The notes below the pieces were generated by a model. It had not been told where the DNA came from, did not search any database, and saw only the letters and a list, made by a program, of their open reading frames with translations. A stretch of DNA of 64,000 bases from an uncultured Spirochaetales bacterium (GTDB lineage: Bacteria > Spirochaetota > Spirochaetia > CAYRYS01). How positions within the stretch are numbered: the first letter of the stretch is position 1; every line of letters begins with the position of its first letter. Where the stretch lies: positions 95-64,094 of the forward strand of contig CAYRYS010000003.1 of assembly GCA_964428555.1 (NCBI GenBank), given 5' to 3'. This document shows positions 49,893 through 61,228 of this stretch, piece by piece. A program made the position numbers and the translations under genes.

Positions 49893-51178
49893 TGGCGTAC
49901 CTTTATTATCATCAACAAAAGTCCTATAAATAAAATTATAAAATTCGGAAGCCACATTGATAAAAATGGTGAAAAATCCATGCGGAGACCAAGTGTTTGC
50001 CCTGCTATGAGCATACCCCAATAAAATACTGAAATAAACAAGCCTATTCCAAAGCCAACAGAACGGCCGCTTCGCTTGGTAAACAATCCTGCAGGAAGCG
50101 CAAGAAAAAGAAATGTGAGACAGGCAGCAGGAACCGAGAATTTTTTATAAAACTCCAGGTTATATATACTTAAGCTTCTGTCATCTATCTCCTCACTTGC
50201 AGAAGAATAATACCGTCTGAAGGTATTTTCAATATCATTGTTAAGGGTCGGTTGCTGTGGGTCCTCAGCACGCATAGTATAGTGTTCATACTGCTGTATA
50301 AGTTCAAATTCAAGATTCCTTAACTCTATCTCATGAGAGGTGATCTGTTCATTCAGCGCAGCCTGCTTTTCCTGTATTGCGCGGTAGACATCCACAGAGC
50401 TCATTTCCCGGGGACCTGGATTCTGAAGAGAAAAGGATACATTTGACAAAAGAATATTATATATCATATTTGAAGATTCAAAGTATGAGAAATCATTTTC
50501 GGTTTCCGGATCAATGCTTTGGGAAAGAATGTCTTCCAAATTAAGGGAAATAACCCCGCTTTGTTCCTCGTTTTCTTCGAGAAAAGCCCTATCTGCAAGA
50601 ATGACCCGGTTCTCCTCTTCCCCGGTTTCATCAATAATGATCATGTTATTGATTTGATTCCCCTCAACTCTGCCGGTGATCAAAGTGCTATCTTCGTACC
50701 GCTTTACTGAATAGGATTCAAGTTCAAGCTCAGGCGCACTGTAAAGCAGCTCCCTGTACAAACGGGAGAAATTAATACTCCCAAGGGGCAGAAGATAGTC
50801 ATTAACAAAAAAGGATCCCACAGACAGCAGTGTTCCAGCGAATAAAATTGGAATAAACATTTTACGCAAAGGAATTCCGGATGCTCGGAACGCAAGTACT
50901 TCGTTATCAGAGGAAAATCGTCCCATTGCCATAAGTCCGCCAACCAGGGATCCGAATGGAGCTGAAAGTGCGATAATTGAAGGGAGTGAGTATACAATTA
51001 GAAGAAAGACATCGAAAAGAGCAACCTGTTTTTCCAGTATATCCTCAGCAAGAAGCAGTATTTGATTAATAAAGAATATAAAAAAGAAAAAGAGAAATGC
51101 TACAAAAAAGGAGAGGATAAATTCTTTCCATATGTACCGTGTTGTAATACTAAAAAAACGCATGCAAAAGCCTTTCAT
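49889..51178 (-). CDS. LptF/LptG-family permease (YjgP/YjgQ), paralogue of the downstream gene
   Basis: Same architecture as the downstream paralogue, with a SLVGGLMAMGRFSSDNEVLAFRASGI-like conserved segment. Confidence 0.7.
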
Positions 51179-52700
51179 CTAAGCGTACAATTCCAGAGTC
51201 CAAAGTAGCAAAATAAATATAAGGTGTGCAATATGTTATATCAGAAATCTGCAATCCAGGTAACCCTGAATTGAGTCCCATTTGTGCATGCAGCTGCCTA
51301 TCTGAGCCAATAACAAGTATTCCTGCATCCATTGTCGCAGCAAAGGTGTAATCTATGCCCCTAATTATTGAGACAATATCTTGTTGACCATCAGAACCAA
51401 GCTGTATTTGTTCTATGTTTTGATTGCCAACTTCATTGTAATATATACCGTGTCCCACTGTGGAGATCCACACTGTGCGGTCCGGATCAATGTAGTAATC
51501 AGATACATGGATGTTTGGCAGGGTGATATCTGCCCGCCCTAAATTTGTAAGGCTCAGGGAAGAGATATCTAGGGTATAGCTGCCTCTGCCCTGGGTCCCG
51601 ATAAAAAGAAGCTCCTGGTTAAACAGGCATAGTGCATCAATGGATCTAATATCTCGTCGGCTTGCAAGTACAGGAATCCATGCTCCTTGTTGATACAGCC
51701 AAAGCCCGTTGTCTGCAGTGCCTGCAAACAAGCCTGAGGGTGTGTATTCGATACTTCTTATTCTATTCGGGCTGGATACAGACGTATTGGGAAGAATATG
51801 AAAACTACCGCTTGACTTATTGTATGAAAACACATTTCTGTACTGTGCAATATATACATGGGTATTCGTAACACAGATATCTTCTACTGATTGTACATCA
51901 ATTGTATCTTGGCCATGTACAAATACCCGAGTGCTGTTGCTGCTTGTATCTATTCTGCCGATTTCTCCATTCCATGTCCCATACCAGAGGTCGGAGCCGT
52001 CGGCATCCAATATAGAATACTGAAGAGATTCTTCAGAGGAAGAAAAAACTCCTTCTTGGAATAAATACCTTTGTATTCGCCCCCTTATCCGTTGGTTGTC
52101 CAGCACCTGTGGATTCTGAGTTACAATCTGCAGCAAAGTCGGATTAATCTGCTCTGTAACAGCTTCAGTTAGAGAAAGCACAGCAGCCTCTGCGTAAGTC
52201 TCTTGTACTGCTGGGGGTGCTAAAAAAAAGTATGAAAGAAAGTGGCGTCTGCTTTGGCTGAAAAGGCCTTCTCTATATTCTATAGTTCCAAGGAAAAGAT
52301 AAAACTGAGGCCCAGTTGCTCTGCTGGAAAACCTGGAATCTAAAAACGAAGCTATCTCAAATGCCTCATCCTGGGGAAGCATCTCCAAGGCTGAGTTTCT
52401 CAGGTGAGAATAGGCCCTATCAATTTCATTTTCAGGATACATTTGGTATGACTCAATAAGAAGCTGCCGTACTGATTGATAATTTTCAGTCTCTGCGGCT
52501 TCTGCTAACTGTTGAAACAGTACAAGGGGTTCGGCCAGAGAGGATGCCTCTTCAGTAATACAGTCCTGTTGCCTGTTTTCTGGTGCATAGGTGTTTTGTT
52601 CTTCTGAAAGACCTACACAGCTGAGAAGTATAGAAAATAGAGTCAGGTAAAGACAATTGTGTGCAAGCCTAATGGCCTGTTGACCCAAAACCACCGGCAC
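51150..52700 (-). CDS. Lipoprotein with an N-terminal helical region and a C-terminal two-component-regulator-propeller-like beta-propeller
   Basis: Lipobox LLSCVG. Repeats of the form hydrophobic-GT..G.hydrophobic ([70 protein letters not shown]). Confidence 0.55.
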   Translation of the reverse strand: MPVVLGQQAIRLAHNCLYLTLFSILLSCVGLSEEQNTYAPENRQQDCITEEASSLAEPLVLFQQLAEAAETENYQSVRQLLIESYQMYPENEIDRAYSHLRNSALEMLPQDEAFEIASFLDSRFSSRATGPQFYLFLGTIEYREGLFSQSRRHFLSYFFLAPPAVQETYAEAAVLSLTEAVTEQINPTLLQIVTQNPQVLDNQRIRGRIQRYLFQEGVFSSSEESLQYSILDADGSDLWYGTWNGEIGRIDTSSNSTRVFVHGQDTIDVQSVEDICVTNTHVYIAQYRNVFSYNKSSGSFHILPNTSVSSPNRIRSIEYTPSGLFAGTADNGLWLYQQGAWIPVLASRRDIRSIDALCLFNQELLFIGTQGRGSYTLDISSLSLTNLGRADITLPNIHVSDYYIDPDRTVWISTVGHGIYYNEVGNQNIEQIQLGSDGQQDIVSIIRGIDYTFAATMDAGILVIGSDRQLHAQMGLNSGLPGLQISDITYCTPYIYFATLDSGIVRLDERLLHAFF

Positions 52701-53106
52701 CTCTGGTTGTCTGTGATAGGGAATGCGTTTCTTTGAATTCTGCCTGTACTATAGGGGCAAAGATAATTTGCGCGATCCTCATACCCTTTTTGATGACAAA
52801 TTCGGTTTTGCTGAGGTTTACGAGGATAACTTTTACCTCACCCCGATAATCGGAGTCAATTGTACCTGGAGTATTGAGTACCGTTATTCCGTGCTTAATT
52901 GCAAAACCGGAGCGAGGCCTAACCTGTGCTTCATACCCTGTAGGGATTTCTAAAAAGAGTCCTGTTGGTATTAGTTTCCGCTCTCCAGGCTGTAAGGAAA
53001 TATCTTGATCATTTGAAGATAATAGGTCAGCCCCTGAAGAGAATTCGGTTGAATACACAGGTTTTAATGCAGAATCAAACTGGGCTTTTACTGGTATTTT
53101 TTTCAT
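52669..53106 (-). CDS. dut: dUTP diphosphatase
   Basis: [37 protein letters not shown]. Start taken at MKKIPV. Confidence 0.9.
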   Translation of the reverse strand: MKKIPVKAQFDSALKPVYSTEFSSGADLLSSNDQDISLQPGERKLIPTGLFLEIPTGYEAQVRPRSGFAIKHGITVLNTPGTIDSDYRGEVKVILVNLSKTEFVIKKGMRIAQIIFAPIVQAEFKETHSLSQTTRGAGGFGSTGH

Positions 53107-53116
53107 TATATTCCTC

Positions 53117-54418
53117 TTATTGTGTGCAAAGAAATGAGAACGTATCAATCGTCAGATATTTTTCTATCATATCATAAAGAAAGGGGCTTTGGATAGTATT
53201 TAGACAATCAATACTTTCTTTCAATGAATGGGGAGTGTCCCCGTGTATTATATGGTTTAAAAGAAAATGTATCCGGGTTTCGGTATCCTGATTACCAATT
53301 AAGAAAATACCTGATAAATGCTCTTTTGCAAAAAGAATTTCCTCCTCAGATGGAGGCTCAGTGTGTAATGTATTTATTTGATGTATTAGGGCATGTTTGA
53401 GAGTATCAGGCTTTTCCCGGTGTGCGCTAGACTGGATCGTAAAAAATGAGATATCAGAAAAAAAATGCCTCTGTGAACCTACTGAATAACAGAGCCCCTT
53501 GGTATTCCGAAGGTCTTGTTTTAATCTGGAACTCATAGTCTCTCCAAATAGTGTTGAAATTATGAGAAGGCCGTAAAACTCAGATATGGATACAGGTGTG
53601 GGAAAAGCAGTTCCTGCGATAATATGGGTGTTGCGGAATTGACACTTAAGTTCTCGATCAATTTTTACATATTCCGGAGCTGTCCGACTATTGCGCTTTT
53701 GTTTGGATTGCTGATACTTCCCGAGTACGGATTCTAACCCTTGGAATAGTGCCTGCAGGTCTACATCTCCGCAAGCAGTTATTACGCAGTTATCCGGTGA
53801 CCACACCTTTTCATGATACTGGTATGCTTTTTCCAAGGATACCTGCTGAATGCTTTCAAAAGTGCCTGTTATCGGTTGTGCAAGTGAATGACCTGATAAT
53901 ATAGAGTGAAAGAATTGGTTTTCTGTAAACTGCAGCTCAGAGTTGCTCTCTGATCCAATCTCATGAGAAATAATCTGTTTCTCTCGCTCAAGTTCAGCAT
54001 GATTAAATACTGGAGAAAAACACATCTCGCTGAGGATCGTTATTCCAGTAAGAAGGTGTTTAGACGGTATAGTAATAAAAACTCCGGTAAACTCCTTTTG
54101 GGTTAAACCGTTTATTACACCACCGAGTCCTTCTATTGCTTTAGCAATATTGTTATAAGGTATTCTCTTTGAATTGGTACGAAATAATAGATGTTCTAGT
54201 AAATGAGTAAGCCCCCTTTCTTCGGGGGCTTCATCTCGCGGGCCGGTAAGGAACCAGAAACCTATAGATACTGTTTCTATTCGGTCCCTTTTCTCAAAAA
54301 TTGCCCTAATATTGTTACTAAGCGTATGTCGAAAAATCAACGCTCTAGTGTCTGTCTCTTCTGTCGCGGTGTCTTCCATTGTCCCGCTTTTTCGTACCGC
54401 CGCTTTGACTTGAAGCAT
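53117..54418 (-). CDS. M16-family zinc peptidase (pitrilysin/insulinase-like)
   Basis: HLLEHLLF (HxxEH) zinc motif. The start is uncertain: M at 54418 or 54379. Both overlap the pnp 3' end. Confidence 0.75.
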   Translation of the reverse strand: MLQVKAAVRKSGTMEDTATEETDTRALIFRHTLSNNIRAIFEKRDRIETVSIGFWFLTGPRDEAPEERGLTHLLEHLLFRTNSKRIPYNNIAKAIEGLGGVINGLTQKEFTGVFITIPSKHLLTGITILSEMCFSPVFNHAELEREKQIISHEIGSESNSELQFTENQFFHSILSGHSLAQPITGTFESIQQVSLEKAYQYHEKVWSPDNCVITACGDVDLQALFQGLESVLGKYQQSKQKRNSRTAPEYVKIDRELKCQFRNTHIIAGTAFPTPVSISEFYGLLIISTLFGETMSSRLKQDLRNTKGLCYSVGSQRHFFSDISFFTIQSSAHREKPDTLKHALIHQINTLHTEPPSEEEILFAKEHLSGIFLIGNQDTETRIHFLLNHIIHGDTPHSLKESIDCLNTIQSPFLYDMIEKYLTIDTFSFLCTQ

Positions 54419-56501
54419 CAGGATCTATTGCGTCAATGTAACTAAGATTCAGTCTTCCCATTCTGTCAATTTCTATGAGCTTAACAGGGATAATGTCCCC
54501 TTCTTTCATTACTTCATCTACAGACTGGATTCTGTGTTTTGACATCTTTGAAATATGACACAGTCCTTCTTTGCCGGGGAGTATTTCTATAAAAGCACCG
54601 AAATCCATGAGTCTTTTTACAGTACCTTCGTATACTCTTCCAACCTCTGGTTCTTCAATAAGGCTTCGAACCTTAGCTTCAGCTGCTTCGGCGCCTTCAA
54701 GGTTCTTTGCATAAATTGTAACAGTTCCGTCATCTTCAATATTAATGGTGGTATCCGTTTCTTCTGTAATGCTCTTCACCATTTTTCCGCCTGGACCAAT
54801 AATTGCACCAATTTTATCCTGATCAACCTTTAGGTTTATAATCTTTGGAGCGTATTGGGAAATCTCAGACCGCGGCTGTGAAAGGGTATCATTCATGATA
54901 CCGAGAATATGCATTCGCCCTGTTTTCGCCTGATCCAATGCCTTTTTCATGAGCTCAGTATCAATGTTCGCAATCTTTATATCCATCTGGAATGCGGTAA
55001 TACCGTTTTCTGTACCTGCGACTTTAAAGTCCATATCTCCTAAGTGGTCTTCTTCACCGAGAATATCACTAAGGACTACAGAATTGGAATTGTCGGTGAT
55101 AAGTCCCATTGCAATACCTGCTACAGGTTTTTTTAATGGTACACCGGAGTCTAGAAGCGCTAAGCTTCCTCCGCATACAGTTGCCATTGAAGATGAGCCG
55201 TTTGATTCAAGGATCTCCGAAACAACCCGGATCGTATATGGAAAGTCCTTCTTATCCGGGAGTACTGCTGCCAGTGCACGGTGGGCTAAGTGGCCGTGAC
55301 CGATTTCCCGTCTGCCAGTACCAAGTCTTCCTGTTTCTCCAACGGAAAACGGAGGGAAATTGTAATGCAGCATAAAATGCTCACGTGTATCTCCATCAAT
55401 GTTGTCAAGGATCTGCTCATCAAACACAGAACCAAGGGTTGTAATTGCAAGTGCTTGCGTTTCTCCTCTGGTAAATAGTGCAGAACCATGTGTTCTGTTC
55501 AGGATTCCTGTGTCGCAGGTGATTGGGCGGATATCAGTATTTGATCGTTCATCAGTACGCTTGTTATCTTCGAGAATACTCTTTCGTACGATGGTTGTTT
55601 CAAGTTCTTCAAGCAGGGTTTCAAAGGGCTTTTCATTTTCTTCTATAGCTAAAGTATCAGCAAAATGCTCTCGTATCTGACGCTTAACTTCTGAGACTGC
55701 TTTTGAACGATTGTGTTTGCCTTTAACAAAGTTTGCTTCCTTTATCTTATCGTATGCAAAGTCCCAGATTTCCTGCCTGTTCTCAAGTTCTTTCATAGTT
55801 TTTTGAGACAATGGGAGTTTTTCTTTCCCAGCAGCAGCTTTCAGCTCTCTTTGTATTTGGCAGAGATCTTTAATAACAGGGTGTGCTTTTTCAATAGCAC
55901 TGAGAAGAAGCTCTTCAGAGACTTCCTTAGCACCGCCTTCTACCATGGTGATGCCCTCTTCTGTTCCTGCTACAATGATATCCATTTCTGCGCGATCAAT
56001 CTGATCGAAAGAAGGATTAATCACTAGCTGATCGTCTACGTACGCAACTCTGGTTGCTGCAACAGGGCCGTTAAAAGGGATATCAGAGATGTAGACCGCA
56101 GCAGCAGAAGCTATCATAGCAATAATATCCGGTGTGTTTACCTGGTCAGTAGCAATTACTGTTGGTACAACCTGAATGTCCCGGGCAAACTCTTTGTAGA
56201 AAAGAGGACGCATCGGGCGGTCAATAAGCCGGGATACGAGGATTTCCTTGTCCTTTGGTCTTGTCTCTCTTTTAATAAAACCGCCAGGTATTTTTCCAGC
56301 GGCATAGTACTTTTCATTATATTCTACCTGAAGGGGGACGTAATCTAGTCCTTCGATTTCTTTATCTGAGCAGCATGCAGTTGCAAGTACTGCAGAGCCT
56401 CCAAGTTGCGCAAATACTGCTCCGTTTGCCTGTTTTGCCATTTTCCCTGTTTCTAAAACAAGCTCTTCATCCCCTATCTGGTATGTTACTCTATGTGTCA
56501 T
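54345..56501 (-). CDS. pnp: Polyribonucleotide nucleotidyltransferase (PNPase)
   Basis: Two RNase PH domains, a KH domain, an S1 domain, and a C-terminal basic tail. Confidence 0.97.
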   Translation of the reverse strand: MTHRVTYQIGDEELVLETGKMAKQANGAVFAQLGGSAVLATACCSDKEIEGLDYVPLQVEYNEKYYAAGKIPGGFIKRETRPKDKEILVSRLIDRPMRPLFYKEFARDIQVVPTVIATDQVNTPDIIAMIASAAAVYISDIPFNGPVAATRVAYVDDQLVINPSFDQIDRAEMDIIVAGTEEGITMVEGGAKEVSEELLLSAIEKAHPVIKDLCQIQRELKAAAGKEKLPLSQKTMKELENRQEIWDFAYDKIKEANFVKGKHNRSKAVSEVKRQIREHFADTLAIEENEKPFETLLEELETTIVRKSILEDNKRTDERSNTDIRPITCDTGILNRTHGSALFTRGETQALAITTLGSVFDEQILDNIDGDTREHFMLHYNFPPFSVGETGRLGTGRREIGHGHLAHRALAAVLPDKKDFPYTIRVVSEILESNGSSSMATVCGGSLALLDSGVPLKKPVAGIAMGLITDNSNSVVLSDILGEEDHLGDMDFKVAGTENGITAFQMDIKIANIDTELMKKALDQAKTGRMHILGIMNDTLSQPRSEISQYAPKIINLKVDQDKIGAIIGPGGKMVKSITEETDTTINIEDDGTVTIYAKNLEGAEAAEAKVRSLIEEPEVGRVYEGTVKRLMDFGAFIEILPGKEGLCHISKMSKHRIQSVDEVMKEGDIIPVKLIEIDRMGRLNLSYIDAIDPDASSQSGGTKKRDNGRHRDRRDRH

Positions 56502-56513
56502 GTATGATCCTTT

Positions 56514-56783
56514 TTATTTTCTTAGTTTAAGTTTCTTTATCAGTGATCTGTATTTATCAAGATCCTTTCTCTGTAGGTATTTTAAGAGTCTTCTTCTCTG
56601 ACCTACTAGCTGCAATAGCCCTCTTCGCGAATTATGGTCTTTTTTGTGTTCCTTAAAGTGCTCTGTAAGATCCTGGATACGTTTAGTAAGCAGTGCAATC
56701 TGGACCTCAGTAGAACCGGAATCCTTATCGTGAAGACCGTATTCATTAATAATTGTTTCTTTCTCAGTTTTTGTCAGGGACAT
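56514..56783 (-). CDS. rpsO: 30S ribosomal protein S15
   Basis: 89 aa, S15 signature ([35 protein letters not shown]). Confidence 0.95.
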   Translation of the reverse strand: MSLTKTEKETIINEYGLHDKDSGSTEVQIALLTKRIQDLTEHFKEHKKDHNSRRGLLQLVGQRRRLLKYLQRKDLDKYRSLIKKLKLRK

Positions 56784-57618
56784 TGTAATCTCCTTTTATA
56801 GCGTTTTCTGTGAATACTAACGATTCTATTTCTAAGCCTTTCCGGACATCCAACCGGATACTTAACTCTTCTCTATATATATAAATCTGCTCTTCAACTC
56901 CGCTTTTTCTCACAGCTGTTACCCTGTATATTCCCTGGGGCGGTAACACCTGAGAAAAATCGTGCGTTCTGTATGTGGTACTGCCTCCAGCAGCATTACC
57001 AGGCGCGTGGCGAAGGTCTAATGAATATGGCCTGGTTAAGAGCTGGTTTGCAAGAATAAGTTCACCCTTGGTAATGAGTGACCTGATTCTTGAGCTGCTC
57101 ACACGATCTCCGGCAAGTTGAAAAGGCTTTTCTATAACTACATCAATATTGTTACCAGTTAGGTATTCATTTACATCGGAAGCTGACATATGACTGTTTC
57201 TTCCGCAGTGAAAATTATCACCGATAACAACCATGGATATAGTATAAGCCTTGAGCAGATACTGCCAAAAAACTTCTCCTGTAAGTTTACTGAAATCAGG
57301 AGAAAAGTCAATGAGTATTATTCCCGCAATTCCTTCATTTCTAAAAATATTCAATCTCTGATCAAGTGAGGTAATAGCACCCGGAAAGTTCCAGGGGGCT
57401 ATTATCTCCCTTGGATTCTGTCTAAAGGTGCAGACCCAAGGAGCAGTATTTGACGGACCTTCTGCTACCCGGTGAATTAACTCTAAATGTCCGGCATGCA
57501 CACCGTCAAATACGCCGACTGTAAGGGAAATAGGCTCTTTGTATAATTGATCTGCAGTTGTTATCTCATTCCAGGTTATTACTTTCATACGCTTTACATA
57601 TTGAAAATATAATTCCAT
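56764..57618 (-). CDS. ribF: Bifunctional riboflavin kinase / FAD synthetase
   Basis: [13 protein letters not shown] (FAD-synthetase nucleotidyltransferase motif), C-terminal riboflavin-kinase region ([21 protein letters not shown]). Confidence 0.85.
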   Translation of the reverse strand: MELYFQYVKRMKVITWNEITTADQLYKEPISLTVGVFDGVHAGHLELIHRVAEGPSNTAPWVCTFRQNPREIIAPWNFPGAITSLDQRLNIFRNEGIAGIILIDFSPDFSKLTGEVFWQYLLKAYTISMVVIGDNFHCGRNSHMSASDVNEYLTGNNIDVVIEKPFQLAGDRVSSSRIRSLITKGELILANQLLTRPYSLDLRHAPGNAAGGSTTYRTHDFSQVLPPQGIYRVTAVRKSGVEEQIYIYREELSIRLDVRKGLEIESLVFTENAIKGDYNVPDKN

Positions 57619-58466
57619 CTCCCCTTTTCACGTAATAAAACAGCTTGAAGCTCATTATCTTCTGTAAATGATCCATATCCCATATCTGTTAAACCTTTTT
57701 CATTGAAAACCTCATCTGAAATAGGCAGACCGTTTTTAAAAGATGAATACATTTCAGGTTTTATAGTGATATGAGCAAAATTGGGGAGTTTTTCTATTAC
57801 CTCCCTTGGCTGAAGAATATGCTGTTCCGGTTCAATAGCCTTAGGATGAACAGAATCCTTAATCGAGAAAGGACCTATAGCATCTCGTCTCAGATCTTGA
57901 ACAAAGCCGGCTGAACCTAATTTACGCCCAAGGTCTCTTGCTAATGAACGGATATAAGTGCCTTTTGAACACCGAATGGATACAGTAAGAACCGGCGGAT
58001 TGTAAGAAAGTATGGTAAAATCGTAAATCCGGATAATACGCTCAGGTATGTCCACTTCTGCACCGGATCTTGCATGCTGATACGCTCGTTTCCCATCAAT
58101 ATGTACTGCTGAGTATATCGGCGGTGTTTGCTTTATCTCTCCAATAAACGATTCCAATGCTTTTTCGAGGCTGTTGGTTTCCGGTACAGGACCGGTACGT
58201 ACTACCTTACCTTCTGGATCCAGTGTGTCAGTCTCTTCTCCAAATCGAATATCTGCTGTATAGGTTTTTTCCAGGTCCATAAAATAGGATGAAAGCTTGG
58301 TAAATTTGCCGCACAGGCATATGAGTACGCCTGTAGCGAACTGGTCCAGAGTACCTGCATGCCCGATTTTTTTGAGTTTCAGCTTTCTTTTCACAGAAAG
58401 TATTGCTTTTGAGGAGGTGACTCCCTTAGGTTTGTTCATAATGATGATACCGTGTTCCGGGATCAT
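57594..58466 (-). CDS. truB: tRNA pseudouridine(55) synthase TruB
   Basis: HAGTLD catalytic motif. Sits between rbfA and ribF. Confidence 0.9.
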   Translation of the reverse strand: MIPEHGIIIMNKPKGVTSSKAILSVKRKLKLKKIGHAGTLDQFATGVLICLCGKFTKLSSYFMDLEKTYTADIRFGEETDTLDPEGKVVRTGPVPETNSLEKALESFIGEIKQTPPIYSAVHIDGKRAYQHARSGAEVDIPERIIRIYDFTILSYNPPVLTVSIRCSKGTYIRSLARDLGRKLGSAGFVQDLRRDAIGPFSIKDSVHPKAIEPEQHILQPREVIEKLPNFAHITIKPEMYSSFKNGLPISDEVFNEKGLTDMGYGSFTEDNELQAVLLREKGRWNYIFNM

Positions 58467-58825
58467 TCTTCGTTTAAGTCCTTCAGTTTCTTATTGATTC
58501 TATAGCTGTGTTCTATACTCTGATCTGCTATGAATCGAAGCTGCGGAGTGTTTCTCGTGCGCAGCTTCTGCCCAAGCTCATGTTGTATGTATCCTGCAGC
58601 ATGGTTTAGCCCTTGTATCGCTTTTTCAAGTGTTTCCGGAGACTCAAAGCTGGATACCCATACTTTGGCAGATGTCAGGTCCTTTGCTGCTTCAACCCGT
58701 GTAACAGAAAGAAAGCTATGGACCCTGGGGTCTTTTATCTTCCCTCGTACAATCAGAAGACTTATTTCCTCCAGGATCATGCTTTCAATCCGTTTTAAAC
58801 GGTAATTAGGCATTACTGTCTCCAC
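58463..58825 (-). CDS. rbfA: Ribosome-binding factor A
   Basis: 120 aa, KH-like RbfA signature (PRVHSFLSVTRVEAAKDLTSAKVWVS). Confidence 0.9.
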   Translation of the reverse strand: METVMPNYRLKRIESMILEEISLLIVRGKIKDPRVHSFLSVTRVEAAKDLTSAKVWVSSFESPETLEKAIQGLNHAAGYIQHELGQKLRTRNTPQLRFIADQSIEHSYRINKKLKDLNEE

Positions 58826-61208
58826 CGAGTTTCTTTGCTATTTCGCGTATCTCGAAGACCTCAAATTGGTCTCCCACTTTAATATCATTATAGTTTTCGA
58901 TTCCAACACCGCATTCATAGCCAGCAGCGACTTCTTTTGCATCGTCTTTAAAGCGCTTCAAGCTGGATACCTTACCAGTGTAGATCTGAATTCCGTCGCG
59001 GATAATATGAACGCTGCTGTTCCGCTTAATTTTACCTTGCAGCACGTAAGAACCGGCAATAATACCGATTTTCGGTACTTTAAAGGTGTCGCGAACTTCG
59101 ACAAGTCCGATTGTCTCTTCTTTGTAATCCGGTTTGAGCATGCCTTCCATTGCATTTTTAATATCATCTACAACATCGTAAATAATATTATATTTGCGTA
59201 CTTCTACCTTTTCTTGTTCAGCGAGTTCTAGAGCCTTTGGTGTCGGACGTACATGGAAGCCGATAATAACTGCATTCGAAGCTGCAGCAAGGTTTACATC
59301 GTTTTCAACTATTGCACCTGCGTTAGCGTGAATTACATTGAGTTTGATTTCCTTTGTGCTAAGCTTTTCAAGTGCTGTTTGCAGCGCTTCAACAGATCCG
59401 TGAACATCTCCCTTAATGATAACCTTCAGTTCCTGTACTTCACCTTCCTGAATTGAATCATATAGGTTATCCAGAGTGACTTTCTTAACGTTCTGCGCCT
59501 CACTCAGTTTCTCTAACTCCTGCCGTTTTGAACCTACTTGTCGGGCAGTCTTTTCATTTGCAGTTACCTGGAATGGATCTCCTGCTGAAGGAATACCGGT
59601 AAAACCGAGTATCTCAACCGGTGTAGATGGCGGAGCCTCATCGACCTTATCACCCCTGTCATTAAACATAGCCCGTACCTTGCCGGAGTATACACCTGCA
59701 ACAAAAGCATCACCTATTCTTAGGGTTCCCCGTTCAATAATTACAGTGGAAACAATACCCCGTCCGTGATCGACCTTAGATTCAATAACTTTACCTTCTG
59801 CCCTACAATTGTAGTCTGCTGAAAGCTCAAGGAGCTCTGCCTGCAGCAGTACACTGTCAAGGAGTTCACGAATACCTGTACGCTTAAGAGCAGATATTTC
59901 ACAGAAAAGGGTACTTCCTCCCCAATCTTCAGGCATTAACCCATGGTCAGAAAGCTGCTGCTTTACTCTGTCCGGATTTGCTTCGGGTAAGTCAATCTTG
60001 TTTACTGCAACAATTATTGGTACTTCTGCTTCTTTTGCATGGTTTATCGCTTCTATCGTCTGGGGCATAACACCGTCATTCGCTGCAACCACAAGGATTA
60101 CAATGTCAGTTACCTGCGCTCCCCTGGCTCGCATAAGGGTAAATGCTTCATGGCCCGGAGTATCAAGAAAGACGAGATCACCCTCTGGAAGCGTCACTTC
60201 GTATGCTCCTATGTGCTGGGTAATTCCGCCGAATTCGCCTTCCACAACATTTGAAGCGCGGATCGCATCAAGGAGCTTGGTTTTACCATGGTCTACATGA
60301 CCCATAACAGTCACAATAGGAGGGCGCGATTTCGTGTTTTTATCCGACTTTTTGTCGCTTTCAATTATTGTTTCATCATAGAGGGAAACAATATTTACCT
60401 TACAATCGTATTCCGAGGCGAGTATCTCAGCTGTTTCTGCATCTATTTGCTGATTAATTGTTACCATCATGCCCATACCCATCAGTTTTCCGATAAGTTC
60501 AGAGGCTTTCAGTTTCATTTTTCTCGCCAGCTCAGAAACAGTAATTACTTCCATAATATCAATTTCTTTAGGTACAGGGTTTTTGCGCTGTACAGTCTTC
60601 TTCTTAGGCTGAAACAGCTTCTCTTCCTGCTCCTCTTTTTTGTTTTTCTGGTAGTAATCCCGCTTCTTTGTTTTAAACTTCTTACTTGAGGATTTTCTGT
60701 CGTCAGTAGGTGGCGGCGACGGTGCTACTGGCTTGCCTTTAAACCCGCGTTTACCACCGCTTGGGCGGCTGCTGTCTTTCGGCTTGCCATCTGGTCTTCG
60801 CTTCTGCTTGAATTTCTTGTCGCCTGGCTTGTTGTCGGAAGGGGGCCTACGCTGTCCGCCTCGATTATCGTTGCGGCCTTGGGGTGGTTTTCTCCCTTCT
60901 TCTCTTCTACCCGGTCTCTCTTGTTTTCCGACAGGCTTCTTCCTCTCTTGAGGTTGTTCAGTTTTTGCAGTGTCAGATTTTGCCTTTTCCTGTGAAGGCT
61001 TTTCACCAGTCTCTTCCTGCTGTTTGCCTGATTGTTTCTTTACCTTTACAACCCTTTTCGGCTTTTTGACGACAACAACCTTTTTCTTTTCCTGCTTTTC
61101 TTCAGCTTCTTGTTCGCCTTCAGCAGGGCTTTTTTGAGGTTTATCATCCTTCCGATGCTTTATTAGCGTTGTTTTTGGTTTTTTCTTTTTATCGAATTCT
61201 TCTGACAT
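58806..61208 (-). CDS. infB: Translation initiation factor IF-2, with a long basic low-complexity N-terminal region
   Basis: G-domain [22 protein letters not shown]. The C-terminal domains are conserved. The N-terminal ~215 aa are rich in K/R/P/G/E. Confidence 0.97.
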   Translation of the reverse strand: MSEEFDKKKKPKTTLIKHRKDDKPQKSPAEGEQEAEEKQEKKKVVVVKKPKRVVKVKKQSGKQQEETGEKPSQEKAKSDTAKTEQPQERKKPVGKQERPGRREEGRKPPQGRNDNRGGQRRPPSDNKPGDKKFKQKRRPDGKPKDSSRPSGGKRGFKGKPVAPSPPPTDDRKSSSKKFKTKKRDYYQKNKKEEQEEKLFQPKKKTVQRKNPVPKEIDIMEVITVSELARKMKLKASELIGKLMGMGMMVTINQQIDAETAEILASEYDCKVNIVSLYDETIIESDKKSDKNTKSRPPIVTVMGHVDHGKTKLLDAIRASNVVEGEFGGITQHIGAYEVTLPEGDLVFLDTPGHEAFTLMRARGAQVTDIVILVVAANDGVMPQTIEAINHAKEAEVPIIVAVNKIDLPEANPDRVKQQLSDHGLMPEDWGGSTLFCEISALKRTGIRELLDSVLLQAELLELSADYNCRAEGKVIESKVDHGRGIVSTVIIERGTLRIGDAFVAGVYSGKVRAMFNDRGDKVDEAPPSTPVEILGFTGIPSAGDPFQVTANEKTARQVGSKRQELEKLSEAQNVKKVTLDNLYDSIQEGEVQELKVIIKGDVHGSVEALQTALEKLSTKEIKLNVIHANAGAIVENDVNLAAASNAVIIGFHVRPTPKALELAEQEKVEVRKYNIIYDVVDDIKNAMEGMLKPDYKEETIGLVEVRDTFKVPKIGIIAGSYVLQGKIKRNSSVHIIRDGIQIYTGKVSSLKRFKDDAKEVAAGYECGVGIENYNDIKVGDQFEVFEIREIAKKLGGDSNA

Positions 61209-61228
61209 ATACCACCTTTAAATATCTA

